From Bacillota bacterium (GTDB lineage: Bacteria > Bacillota > DTU025), in contig JBMNJT010000004.1 of the NCBI GenBank assembly GCA_050951805.1, positions 106,120 through 170,119 on the forward strand: a stretch of 64,000 bases of DNA, in the 5' to 3' direction. Below are positions 41,663-50,515 of this stretch, one piece after another (positions within the stretch are counted from its first letter, which is position 1; each line of letters opens with the position of its first letter). Below the pieces are notes generated by a model that was not told the origin of the DNA, searched no databases, and saw nothing but the letters and a program-made list of their open reading frames with translations. The position numbers were made by a program, and so were the translations under genes.

Positions 41663-43240
41663 GTCAACCGACTGTGAAAATGTCACCCCTTTTGGGGGTT
41701 AATCCGTCTGAGAAAATGTCACCCCCTGTGGTTGTGTTCCGCTGGCGAGCCCGCGCATTATGCGCAGGCTCGCGGCCGAGTCAAGGATCGGCCTGCGGCC
41801 TGCTTTGCTCCTTGACTCGGCCTCTGCGCCTGCTCGAGATTAGGGTGCCGCCAGCGGGGAACTGTTGTTTTGTCTGTCTTGGCTCTGGGCTGCTTTGCGT
41901 GCTTGTTGAATGCGTTGTTGGCGCTGGTAGCTTGCACGTTTCCAGGGATGATCGTCCGGGGGCTTCCATGGCATCCTCGGGGGCTTGGACTCTTTAGCTG
42001 CAGTTGAGGCGGAGTCTTCGACCGCCGGTGTGGAGTTGAACTCGGCCAAGCTGTAGCATTTGCCCTTGTAGAGTGCGCTGATTGACCCGTCCATGTGCGT
42101 AAGCACGGAAACGGGATCCTTCCTGGCCAATCCGACAACATGGCCGTACGCGTCCAGAAGACGGAACTTGGTGCCATGGTAGGATATGAGTGATCCTCCC
42201 AGCGCTTGACGAGATTCCCTGATAGAAAGAATGACGTCCAGATTCATCTCTGGGGTCAGAGCACGAAAAGCGGGTGTCTCATCAGCTGCAGGAACGGCAA
42301 AGCGGGCGTTGTACCTGGGGATATATCTGAGGAGGAACTCATTTGCCTGTTCGATTGTGTTGATTCCGGCGAGGCGCATTTCAATAGGCAGTCTTCCCTG
42401 AAGCGTCTCCCATGCGCGCTCAATGCGGCCCTTTGCTTGAGGCGAATGCGCTGGTATGTGAGTGATCTGTAGTTCGTCGAGAATGCGGCCTATCTGGGTA
42501 AGGTTGACCCGTTTGCCCTGGAGTTGTTCTTCGATGGTGAGCTTGTCCATCTTGGGCGAGAAAAACATGGTATGGCGGTCAGAATACAAGCACAGCGGTA
42601 TGCCGTTGTTCTCAAGCACCTGACGGAACACATGGAGGTATCCTATGATGTCTTCCTGAGGCCTGAAATACAGGCCCAGGATGGCTCCGGTGGCGTCGTC
42701 GATGATCCCATGAAGCGACATAGCTGGGCCTCTTCCTTCGAGCCAGTCGTAGGGACTGGCGTCGCATTGGAGCAAGATGCCCGATTGGGGTTTTCGCTCT
42801 CGCATGCGTCTGTGGCGCGGGGCTCTTTTGGTGGAGCACACTATCCCGGCTTTTTTCAGCAATCGTTGTACAGTGCGTGGACTCACCGAGATCTGATAGC
42901 CCTCTGCCATGAGCTCGGACATATGGGTGCAATTTGCGTCTTTCAGGTCGGTCTGAGCTAGCTCTATGATGCGTGATGGGTCTAAAGGCTTGCGTCCGGC
43001 ATTGCCATGCCCCAGGGCCTGGACCCCGTTACTCTGCATCTCCTTTTTGATCCGTTTGATCTGGCGGACACTTAATCCAAGCATCTTGGCAGCCTGCGCG
43101 TTTGTGATTTGCCCGGCGGCAAGCTGATCCATTACGAAGACCCTCTTCCGTACTTTTTCCGTCAAGATGACGTCCCCCTTGTTCATGGGTGACATTATCT
43201 CAGACGCGTTATGGGGTGACAATATCACAGACGCGTAACA
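41663..43240 (-). mobile_element. IS element copy B (intact; contains an extra 48-nt palindromic insertion in the transposase 3' region)
   Basis: Same ends as copy A. The 48-nt insert ccgagtcaagga ... tccttgactcgg lies at about 41776-41830. Confidence 0.7.
41840..43228 (-). CDS. IS transposase, copy B (HTH + rve/DDE integrase core), apparently intact
   Basis: rve core with D..D..E context (LLQCDASPYDW, LYSDRHTMF, HSPQAKGRIERAWETLQ). The start is set by identity to copy A (MILSPHNASEIMSPMNKGDV...). The ORF track extends it artificially upstream to 43576. Confidence 0.75.
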   Translation of the reverse strand: MILSPHNASEIMSPMNKGDVILTEKVRKRVFVMDQLAAGQITNAQAAKMLGLSVRQIKRIKKEMQSNGVQALGHGNAGRKPLDPSRIIELAQTDLKDANCTHMSELMAEGYQISVSPRTVQRLLKKAGIVCSTKRAPRHRRMRERKPQSGILLQCDASPYDWLEGRGPAMSLHGIIDDATGAILGLYFRPQEDIIGYLHVFRQVLENNGIPLCLYSDRHTMFFSPKMDKLTIEEQLQGKRVNLTQIGRILDELQITHIPAHSPQAKGRIERAWETLQGRLPIEMRLAGINTIEQANEFLLRYIPRYNARFAVPAADETPAFRALTPEMNLDVILSIRESRQALGGSLISYHGTKFRLLDAYGHVVGLARKDPVSVLTHMDGSISALYKGKCYSLAEFNSTPAVEDSASTAAKESKPPRMPWKPPDDHPWKRASYQRQQRIQQARKAAQSQDRQNNSSPLAAP

Positions 43241-43289
43241 GATTGAAAACCCAACCTTGACATCCGCTACACGGGGGTATATACTGTCT

Positions 43290-43630
43290 CCAAGTTTAAA
43301 ATCGCAGCTAAACGCAATGACGGGGATGAGTACTCGCACAGTACCGGGCACAGAGAGCCGGCCTCGAGCTGAAAGCCGGAACCGCGGAAATGCGACGAAC
43401 ATGGCCCCTGAGCGGCCGTCCGAACTTCCTCCGCTTTGCTCCTTGATGGGCAGGGAGGGAAAGTAGGCGCGGACGTGTGCGCACGTTAAAGCGCCGGGGT
43501 CTAGCGAATCGGATGGATTCGCCGCACCTGCCGAGGCGCGGTATCGTGAGAACCGCGTGAACCTGGGTGGTACCACGAAGGATTAGTCCTCTCGTCCCAG
43601 GCATTTTGCCTGGGGGAGAGGGCTTTTTGC
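43290..43630 (+). promoter_or_regulatory. Putative T-box riboswitch leader (probably Met-specific) with antiterminator/terminator, upstream of metF-metH
   Basis: A near-consensus T-box sequence GGGTGGTACCACG (43565-43577; consensus AGGGUGGNACCGCG) sits immediately 5' of a strong terminator hairpin (cctctcgtcccagg cattttg cctgggggagagg, 43588-43620) followed by cttttt. Upstream helices (cgtgtgcgcacg, gcgaatcggatggattcgc) could form stems I-III. The specifier codon was not identified. Confidence 0.5.
43588..43628 (+). terminator. Rho-independent terminator of the leader (14-bp stem, T-tract)
   Basis: cctctcgtcccagg / cctgggggagagg followed by gctttttg. Confidence 0.6.
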
Positions 43631-43709
43631 ATTTGCCCTTCTTGGCTTGGGCGGCTAAAGACTTTTCAGCAGAGATAAGTAGAGAAAGCTCGCGCAGGAG
43701 GGAGTTTTT

Positions 43710-44645
43710 ATGGCAAGATTATTGAACAGGTTGAGGCAGGGCAGCTTTGCGGTTACGGTGGAGGTTAACCCCCCGAAAGGTGCGGATGTTTCCAAGACGC
43801 TTGCGCTGGTTCGCCGGTTTTCTGACCGGGTGGACGCCGTGAATGTGGCGGACTGCCCTATGGCAAATGTGAGGATGAGCCCTATTACCTTAGCCCACCT
43901 TATCCAGCGCGATGTAGGGGTAGAGGCCATTTTCCACCTTACGTGCCGTGATCGCAACACCATAGGGCTTCAGGCGGAGCTTTTGGGTGCCTCCGGGCTC
44001 GGAGTCAGGAACATACTGGCCCTCAGGGGCGATCCGCCGTCGAGGGGGGATCATCCGGAGGCCCATGGAGTGTTCGAGGTAGATGCTGTTGGGCTAATCA
44101 GCTTGGCCGCCGCGCTCAACTCGGGACACACGGTAGGCGGCGGCGAGCTGGGTGAAGGGACCGATTTCGCCATCGGTTGCGTAGCAAATCCCAACGCCGA
44201 AGATCTTGAGGCCGAGATATCGAGGCTGGAGGAGAAGATCGCAGCTGGAGCGCACTTCGTCCAGACCCAGCCCATTTTCGACGTCCGCGCCTATGAAAGG
44301 TGGGCTAATGCCATAGACGGGCGGGTGAGCATCCCTATCCTCTACGGGATACTCCCTATCAAAGATGCTGCCTTTGCTGTGCACCTAAAGGAGAATGTTC
44401 CTGGCATGGCGGTGCCCGACTGGGTTATCGACCGGATGCGCTCCGGGGGAGACGGTGAAGGGTACAGGCTGGCTGCGGAGTTGCTATCGGAGATAGGGAA
44501 GGATATCGCCGGGATACACATCTTCCCCATGAACAGTTCCAAGCGGGTTGTAGGCGTGCTGGACGCCTTGGCCGAGGAGGGGTTTGCGGTGCCCCCGGTA
44601 CAAACGGCATGCGACGGCCTGCGGAAGGTGGCTCCGAACGGATGA
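43710..44645 (+). CDS. metF: 5,10-methylenetetrahydrofolate reductase
   Basis: MTHFR (TIM-barrel) family motifs: FAVTVEVNPPKG, VNVADCPMANVRMSP, LTCRDRN, LALRGDPP. Confidence 0.8.
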   Translation: MARLLNRLRQGSFAVTVEVNPPKGADVSKTLALVRRFSDRVDAVNVADCPMANVRMSPITLAHLIQRDVGVEAIFHLTCRDRNTIGLQAELLGASGLGVRNILALRGDPPSRGDHPEAHGVFEVDAVGLISLAAALNSGHTVGGGELGEGTDFAIGCVANPNAEDLEAEISRLEEKIAAGAHFVQTQPIFDVRAYERWANAIDGRVSIPILYGILPIKDAAFAVHLKENVPGMAVPDWVIDRMRSGGDGEGYRLAAELLSEIGKDIAGIHIFPMNSSKRVVGVLDALAEEGFAVPPVQTACDGLRKVAPNG

Positions 44646-47107
44646 GTGTGCGTGTGGAGGATCTGATCCGTGGGGACGAGGTGTTCGTGTTTGACGGGGC
44701 ATTTGGGACGATGCTTCAGGCGCGCGGTCTGCCTCCCGGAGCCTGTCCTGAAGTGTGGTGCCTAAAGTGCCCGGAAGAAGTGGAGCGGGTTCACCGCCAG
44801 TATATTGATGCCGGCGCGCAGGTGATCGAGACTTGCACTTTCGGGGGCACAGCTTTGCGGCTCGGACATTTCGGGCTAGCTCATGCGGCGCGGGAGATCA
44901 ACCTGGCTGCCGTCGAGATTGCCCGGAGGGCTGCTGCCGACCGCGGAACGCTTGTGGCGGCTTCCATGGGCCCCCTGGGGGCATTGGTGGAGCCTTTGGG
45001 CGAAGTCAGTTTCGATGAAGCCTATCTGCAATTTGCGGAGCAGGCGGAGGCGTTTGCCCTGGCGCGACCGGACCTTATCATCATCGAGACCATTGCCGAT
45101 CTCAACGAGATGCGCGCAGCGCTCCTCGCGTGCCGCGATCGTGCGCCAGACATCCCGGTAATCGCCCAGATGACATTCGATTCCACAGGCCGAACCTTCA
45201 CCGGCACTCCGCCGGAGTCGGCCGCGCTCGTCATGGAGTCGATGGGGGCGTCTGTCGTGGGCGTCAACTGCTCTGTCGGCCCGGACCTGCTCGCAGATGT
45301 TGTAGCTCGGATGGGGGCTGTTACATCAAAGCCAATATCGGTCCAGCCCAATGCTGGACTGCCGCATGTGGGCCCATCGGGGCGGGGCGAGTATCCAATG
45401 GGGCCTGAGGAATTCGCGTCCTACGGCCCTAAGCTGGTGTCGGCGGGAGCCTCTATCGTAGGGGGCTGCTGCGGAACTACCCCGGAGCACATCGCAAGGC
45501 TTCGCAGTGCGCTGGAGGGGCTCCGGCCGATCGTGCGAAGGCGCGAGCCTGAGCTTGGTATAACTTCCCGGACTCAGCCTCTGTTTTTCGCCGATGCGGA
45601 GCTGCCCGCGATTGTGGGCGAGAGGATTAACCCAACTGGCAGGCGCAAACTTGCCCAAGACATTGTCGACGGCAGCTTCGAGCTAGTTCGGAAGGAAGCG
45701 GTTGCTCAGGCTAAGGCGGGAGCGCAAGCTCTCGATGTGAATGTGGGCACGCCTCTTGCGAACGAGCCGTGGGCGATGTATGAAGCAGTGAAGGCGATTG
45801 AGGCGACCACTCGTCTGCCGCTCTGCCTCGACTCTTCATCTGCCGAGGCTCTCGAAGCAGGGCTTCGGGCTTATGCAGGCCGAGCCTTGGTCAACTCCTT
45901 CTCGCTGGAGCGTGGCAGGGAAGAGGACGTGCTGAGGCTTGCAGCCAGATACGGCGCGGCGGTGATAGGCTTGCCTATCGACGAGAACGGGATTCCGGCG
46001 ACGGCAGAGGACCGGCTGAGACTGGCTGAGCGGCTCGTCTCGAGCGCACAATCTCATGGAATCCCCCAAAATGCGGTGATCATCGACGCTTTGGCGATGC
46101 CTTGCGGGGCAAAGCAGGAACAGGCTGTGGAGACTCTCAAGGCCATAGAGATGATCCGCAAAGAGCTGGGCTGCAAGACTTCTCTGGGGATTTCCAATGT
46201 ATCGTTCGGGCTTCCGAGCAAGCCCGTGTTGAACACTGCATTCTTGATGCTGGCCATCGCTGCCGGGTTAGACATGGCTATAGCTAACCCCCTTGATGAG
46301 GCGATGATGGCTCAGGTGCGGGCGGCAAGGGTCCTTCTCGGGCGGGATGTTAATGCGGAAAGATACATCTTGTGGGCGGGCGCGGCGTCGCCTGCACCTC
46401 ATGGCGTTGCTGCCGATCCAGGCGGGAAGAAGAAGTTGACCTTGATCTATGATGCGGTCCTCGGGGGCGACAAGGACCTCGCCGTAAGGTTTGTGGAGGA
46501 GGCGGTTTCGGAGGGAGAGGATCCGTCTTCTATCCTAAACGACGCGCTCATCCCGGCTATAGAAGAGACCGGACGGCGCTTCGCCTCAGGCGCTTACTTC
46601 CTCCCTGAACTGATGCTGTCGGCAGGGGCCATGCAGGCTGCAACTGAAGTTATCAGGTCCAGGGTAGGCAGCGCAGAGGATGCGCCGGCATCCCGAGGAA
46701 CTGTGGTGATTGCCACAGTCGAAGGGGATATCCACGACATAGGCAAGAACATCGTCTCCATGTTCCTCGAAAGCAACGGCTACAACGTAGTAGACCTGGG
46801 AAAGAACGTTAAGGCCAGGGATGTTCTGGCAGGGGCCAAGAAGGCAGGGGCCGACGTGGTCTGCCTGAGCGCGCTGATGACAACGACGGCTCCGAAGATG
46901 CGCGAGTCGATAGAGCTTTTTTCAAGCGAGGGGTACGATTGCCCAATCATCATTGGAGGCGCAGCTACATCACGGGAGTACGCCATACGCATAGGAGCGG
47001 ACGGATACGGCAGTGATGCCGTGGAAGCGGTCTTCGAGGTAGAAAGGCTTTTGGCAAGAAAGCGTGCTTTTGGGCGGCAAAGCGATCAAGTGGGAGGGAA
47101 AGAGTAG
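44642..47107 (+). CDS. metH: Cobalamin-dependent methionine synthase, short form lacking the C-terminal reactivation domain (Hcy S-methyltransferase + pterin-binding + B12 cap + B12-binding)
   Basis: Hcy-binding domain (VFDGAFGTMLQ ... GGCCGTTPEHI), pterin domain (IVGERINPTGRRK ...), B12-binding DxHxxG-like (VEGDIHDIGKNIV). ATG 44642 overlaps the metF stop (ATGA). 821 aa. Confidence 0.85.
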   Translation: MSVRVEDLIRGDEVFVFDGAFGTMLQARGLPPGACPEVWCLKCPEEVERVHRQYIDAGAQVIETCTFGGTALRLGHFGLAHAAREINLAAVEIARRAAADRGTLVAASMGPLGALVEPLGEVSFDEAYLQFAEQAEAFALARPDLIIIETIADLNEMRAALLACRDRAPDIPVIAQMTFDSTGRTFTGTPPESAALVMESMGASVVGVNCSVGPDLLADVVARMGAVTSKPISVQPNAGLPHVGPSGRGEYPMGPEEFASYGPKLVSAGASIVGGCCGTTPEHIARLRSALEGLRPIVRRREPELGITSRTQPLFFADAELPAIVGERINPTGRRKLAQDIVDGSFELVRKEAVAQAKAGAQALDVNVGTPLANEPWAMYEAVKAIEATTRLPLCLDSSSAEALEAGLRAYAGRALVNSFSLERGREEDVLRLAARYGAAVIGLPIDENGIPATAEDRLRLAERLVSSAQSHGIPQNAVIIDALAMPCGAKQEQAVETLKAIEMIRKELGCKTSLGISNVSFGLPSKPVLNTAFLMLAIAAGLDMAIANPLDEAMMAQVRAARVLLGRDVNAERYILWAGAASPAPHGVAADPGGKKKLTLIYDAVLGGDKDLAVRFVEEAVSEGEDPSSILNDALIPAIEETGRRFASGAYFLPELMLSAGAMQAATEVIRSRVGSAEDAPASRGTVVIATVEGDIHDIGKNIVSMFLESNGYNVVDLGKNVKARDVLAGAKKAGADVVCLSALMTTTAPKMRESIELFSSEGYDCPIIIGGAATSREYAIRIGADGYGSDAVEAVFEVERLLARKRAFGRQSDQVGGKE

Positions 47108-48271
47108 ATGGGCTACAGGAGCTTTGAAGAGATAAACGAGAAGATACGCAGCAAAAAGGCGGTTGTTGTGACTGCTGAGGAGATAATAGAGATTGTGGAC
47201 GAGAAGGGGGTAGAGGGGGCCTTTCGCGACGTGGATGTCGTGACTTGCGGCACTTTCAGCCCGATGTGTTCCTCAGGGGCTTTTCTCAACTTCGGCCACT
47301 CTGATCCTCCCATAAGGATGAGCCGCGTGTGGCTAAATGACGTGCCGGCATGCGCTGGGCTTGCTGCTGTAGACGCCTATATCGGTGCAACGGAGCTCTC
47401 GGAGACCGCGGGGATGGAATACGGGGGAGCGCACGTCATCGAAGACCTCATAGCAGGCAGAAAGGTGAGGCTTAAGGCCACTTCCTACGGGACAGACTGT
47501 TATCCTCGGCGCGCGCTCGAGGCATGGATTACCAAGGATTCAATCAATGAGGCCTACATGTTCAACCCCCGCAACTGCTACCAGAATTACGGGGCGGCGA
47601 CCAATTCCTCGGACCGCACTATTTATACGTACATGGGAACACTCCTGCCCCACTTTGGGAATGTGAACTACTGCACTGCAGGCGAGCTCAGCCCTTTGAT
47701 AAACGACCCGTTCTACCGCACGATCGGGTTGGGTTCACGGATATTCCTCGGAGGCGCCCAAGGGTACGTTGCGTGGCAGGGAACCCAGAACAACCCGTCG
47801 CAGCCTCGGGCGGAAAACGGGGTTCCTATCGGCGGAGCGGCATGCCTCGCTCTTATAGGCGACCTAAAACAGATGGATCCGAGATACATAAGGGCCGCCA
47901 GGTTCGAAAAGTATGGGGTGACCATGTTTGTCGGAGTGGGCACTGCCATTCCTCTGCTGGACGAGGAGATGGTCAGATTCGTCGCGGTGCAAAACCGCGA
48001 CATAAAGACGAAGGTCTTTGATTACAGCGTCGGTCGTCGATCCAAACCTGCATTGGCCGAAGTCTCCTACGAGGAACTGCGGAGCGGGAGTGTTCAGATT
48101 GGGTCGCGCACGATCCCTACCGCGCCTCTTTCCAGCCTGAAGGTGGCGCGGGAGATAGCCCAGACGTTGAAAGGCTGGATTGCCCGAGGAGAGTTCCTGT
48201 TGCAGCAGCCTGTGGCGGCTCTTCCGCTCGAAGGCTCGCCGACTACACTAGATAACTGTGAGGGGGAGTAA
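47108..48271 (+). CDS. COG1900/DUF39 homocysteine-biosynthesis protein (methanogen MA1821-type, sulfide-dependent)
   Basis: Length and N-terminal region (KAVVVTAEEIIEIVDEKG ... VDVVTCGTFSPMCSSGAF) fit the DUF39 family. The tight gene order with an NIL-ferredoxin supports the assignment. Confidence 0.65.
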   Translation: MGYRSFEEINEKIRSKKAVVVTAEEIIEIVDEKGVEGAFRDVDVVTCGTFSPMCSSGAFLNFGHSDPPIRMSRVWLNDVPACAGLAAVDAYIGATELSETAGMEYGGAHVIEDLIAGRKVRLKATSYGTDCYPRRALEAWITKDSINEAYMFNPRNCYQNYGAATNSSDRTIYTYMGTLLPHFGNVNYCTAGELSPLINDPFYRTIGLGSRIFLGGAQGYVAWQGTQNNPSQPRAENGVPIGGAACLALIGDLKQMDPRYIRAARFEKYGVTMFVGVGTAIPLLDEEMVRFVAVQNRDIKTKVFDYSVGRRSKPALAEVSYEELRSGSVQIGSRTIPTAPLSSLKVAREIAQTLKGWIARGEFLLQQPVAALPLEGSPTTLDNCEGE

Positions 48272-48273
48272 GG

Positions 48274-48732
48274 ATGACCGTGGAGAGGACTGTTGGGGCC
48301 GATGGCATAACTGATGCGACGACGGCAAAGAGAGTTAAGGCGTTGCTGACCTACCCTCCGGGCGCGGCAGGCAAGCCCATAACTTACTCCCTGATCCGCG
48401 AGTTCGATCTGTGGATCAATATTCTCCACGCCGAAATCGCCGCGGACAAAGCCGGCAAGCTCATCATGGACATACAGGGAAGCGTTGAAGATGTGGATCG
48501 GGGCTTGGAGTTCCTCGACGAAGAGGGCATTGGGTACGAGATCCTAAATGGCAGCATCGTTTGGGATGAGGACAAGTGCGTGCATTGTGGAGCATGCACG
48601 GCTGTATGCCCTTCGCACGCGCTCACTATGGATAACTGTGATTGGAGCCTTGTATTTGACAAAGAGAAATGCTATCTTTGCCGGTTGTGCGCCCGCACAT
48701 GTCCCGTGGGGGCAATGAGCTCGCCCATATAG
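48274..48732 (+). CDS. NIL-domain + 2x[4Fe-4S] ferredoxin protein (MA1822-type partner of COG1900)
   Basis: N-terminal NIL-like domain, then CVHCGACTAVCP and CYLCRLCARTCP clusters. Confidence 0.7.
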   Translation: MTVERTVGADGITDATTAKRVKALLTYPPGAAGKPITYSLIREFDLWINILHAEIAADKAGKLIMDIQGSVEDVDRGLEFLDEEGIGYEILNGSIVWDEDKCVHCGACTAVCPSHALTMDNCDWSLVFDKEKCYLCRLCARTCPVGAMSSPI

Positions 48733-48742
48733 AGGGGGCGGG

Positions 48743-49609
48743 ATGGGCAAAGATAGGTTGGGGGAAAGTTGCGTGAGAGAAGCCTACGAACCGAGGAAAT
48801 ACAGGGAGCTTTTCAGCGCTCAAGATGTAATCTATTTCAGATGCGCCGTGGGGCAGACTGATCTTCAAGTCGGCGTTGGCTTCTCTTGCCCTGATTTTCG
48901 CGGGAAACTTCCCGAAGAGAGCTTTCTTCGGGATCATGTCTCGGGCGTTGTTCTTCGCGCCCGCAGAGATATCGAAAACTACATCGCCACTCACCCCGAG
49001 TTTCTCACTAGCCTCATCCCGGTGATTCCGCGGCCATGGGCGCCGCCTATTGTCAGATGGATGTGCGCCTGTGCTGCGCAGGCAGGGGTGGGGCCCATGG
49101 CCGCCGTGGCCGGCGCCATAAGCGAGACGGTTGGGATCAGCCTCCTGTCGGAGGATAGCCTTTCTAAGCTGTGGCAGCGCGAGCCTGACATTGGGAATCC
49201 TGATGGGCATCGAGCGAGGATAAGTGAAGTGATAGTGGAGAATGGGGGAGACGTGTTCATCGCCTCCAGCCGTTTGCGCAGGGTTGGAATCTACGCGGGC
49301 ACGTCCCCTTTGAGTGGCAAGATTGCCCTGGAGATTGCTCCGGGCCAGACCCCTTGCGGCATCTGTACGTCTTCTGGAACGGTCGGGCATTCGCGCAGTT
49401 TCGGTAGATGCGACGGAGCCGTGATCGTTGCGAAAGACACAGCCCTCGCCGATGCCGTTGCCACTAGGGTCGCAAATGTCGTGAAATCGAGGGAGGACAT
49501 TGAAGAGGCGTTGGACACGGCTTCGAAGATTCCCGGCATAGTCGGGGCTGTTATCGTCATCGGCGATGCCTTGGGGGCATGGGGCGATATCAAGCTGGCG
49601 CCGGCGTGA
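48743..49609 (+). CDS. UPF0280/COG2122 ApbE-superfamily protein (third component of the anaerobic homocysteine biosynthesis set)
   Basis: Family-typical regions PMAAVAGAISETVG and GICTSSGTVGHSRSFG. Last gene of the operon. Confidence 0.55.
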   Translation: MGKDRLGESCVREAYEPRKYRELFSAQDVIYFRCAVGQTDLQVGVGFSCPDFRGKLPEESFLRDHVSGVVLRARRDIENYIATHPEFLTSLIPVIPRPWAPPIVRWMCACAAQAGVGPMAAVAGAISETVGISLLSEDSLSKLWQREPDIGNPDGHRARISEVIVENGGDVFIASSRLRRVGIYAGTSPLSGKIALEIAPGQTPCGICTSSGTVGHSRSFGRCDGAVIVAKDTALADAVATRVANVVKSREDIEEALDTASKIPGIVGAVIVIGDALGAWGDIKLAPA

Positions 49610-49709
49610 AGAAACATAGCAAATCGCAACATGGCTGACATTGAGCCCGGTTCCATTTTATCTGGGGCAACATAGAATAAGCCAGACCTACCTCAGGAGG
49701 TGACCGGAC

Positions 49710-49820
49710 GTGGCCGACGTGACTGCCAGCCAGTGCTTCTGCCCTTGGTGGTTCTGGCTTTGGGTTGCGATCATCGCATTCATCGTGTGCTGCATCTGCC
49801 GTTTCGTGCTTTGCTGGTAA
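49710..49820 (+). CDS. 36-aa Cys/Trp-rich hydrophobic small protein (sORF 1): VADVTASQCFCPWWFWLWVAIIAFIVCCICRFVLCW
   Basis: AGGAGG RBS (49695-49700) 9 nt upstream of GTG 49710. A paralogous copy lies 197 bp downstream with mostly conservative or synonymous substitutions in this frame. Confidence 0.5.
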   Translation: MADVTASQCFCPWWFWLWVAIIAFIVCCICRFVLCW

Positions 49821-49906
49821 GGCACGATTTTCCTCCGCGCAAGTAAGATCAAGTTCGCTTCAGGCGTCATAGTATGGACCAGACATGCATCAGGAGGTGA
49901 CCGGAT

Positions 49907-50017
49907 GTGGCCGAAGTGACTGCCAGCCAGTGCTGTTTTCCTTGGTGGATTTGGTTTTGGGTAGTGGTAATCGCATTCATCGTGTGCTGCATTTGCCATT
50001 TTATGCTTTGCTGGTAA
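49907..50017 (+). CDS. 36-aa Cys/Trp-rich hydrophobic small protein (sORF 2): VAEVTASQCCFPWWIWFWVVVIAFIVCCICHFMLCW
   Basis: Same AGGAGG RBS and 9-nt spacing to the GTG start; same length and stop. Tandem paralog of sORF 1. Confidence 0.5.
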   Translation: MAEVTASQCCFPWWIWFWVVVIAFIVCCICHFMLCW

Positions 50018-50085
50018 GAACCAGCTCGTCCCCACGCTGGCAAAACAGCTCATCGCCTATATCGAGCTTGGACAACGGCCCACGC

Positions 50086-50115
50086 GCCATCCGCCCGCCA
50101 CGGTGGGCGGATGGC
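50086..50115 (+). terminator. GC-rich 14-bp hairpin (gccatccgcccgcc ac ggtgggcggatggc) downstream of the sORF pair
   Basis: Seen directly; about 70 nt after the sORF 2 stop. No clear U-tract. Confidence 0.35.
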
Positions 50116-50515
50116 GTTGGTGATGCGTCCCGCCGCACCTGTTAAAAGAAAGGACGGACCCGTTGCAAGGACTGATATCCTTGACCACACAAAAGATGAC
50201 AGGAAAGGTTGGAGATGAGCTTTTATCAGAAGGCGCGCGGCAGGGTCTTCCGCGAAATGGTCGTCACATATTGGCGCCGTGACCGCGTTGATGTTGATAG
50301 CGATAATCGCGTGCTGGATTCTGAAGCCCGAGCGGAAACCCGGACGTGTCTATAGAGCCGATTGTGGGTGCCGCTTTGGCTCCTGATCGATGATGATCAG
50401 CATTTCCGCCTCGCACAAGAACAGAGCAGCAGGACTGCGGCATCGGTGGTCTCTTTCCCTGCGCGATTTAGAGCAGGGAAGGGCGTCGTGCCGCAGTCAG
50501 CTTTGTCTCCACTCA

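Larger units (their letters stand above)
40119..43257. repeat. Three copies of a 17-bp direct repeat GATTGAAAACCCAACCT (40119-40135, 41646-41662, 43241-43257) bracketing two tandem IS copies
   Basis: Exact repeats read directly from the sequence. Flanking unique DNA differs on the two outer sides. Confidence 0.8.

Noticed and set aside
43455-43500. THF-riboswitch-like string (GTAGGCGCGGACGTGTGCGCACGTTAAAGCGCCGG) upstream of metF
   Set aside because: The resemblance to the THF aptamer core is partial. The nearby near-consensus T-box sequence (GGGTGGTACCACG), placed on the 5' shoulder of a terminator, is a more specific signature, so this segment is interpreted as part of the T-box leader helices. 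It needs cmscan to settle.
43229-43576. N-terminal extension of ORF 41840..43576 beyond the IS end
   Set aside because: The extension reads through the IS terminus and the 17-bp repeat into the T-box leader on the opposite strand. Identity to copy A fixes the true transposase start at 43228.
50215-50355. 46-aa ORF MSFYQKARGRVFREMVVTYWRRDRVDVDSDNRVLDSEARAETRTCL with a weak RBS
   Set aside because: There are no paralogs or conservation cues in the window and the RBS is weak, so the evidence is insufficient to call it a gene.
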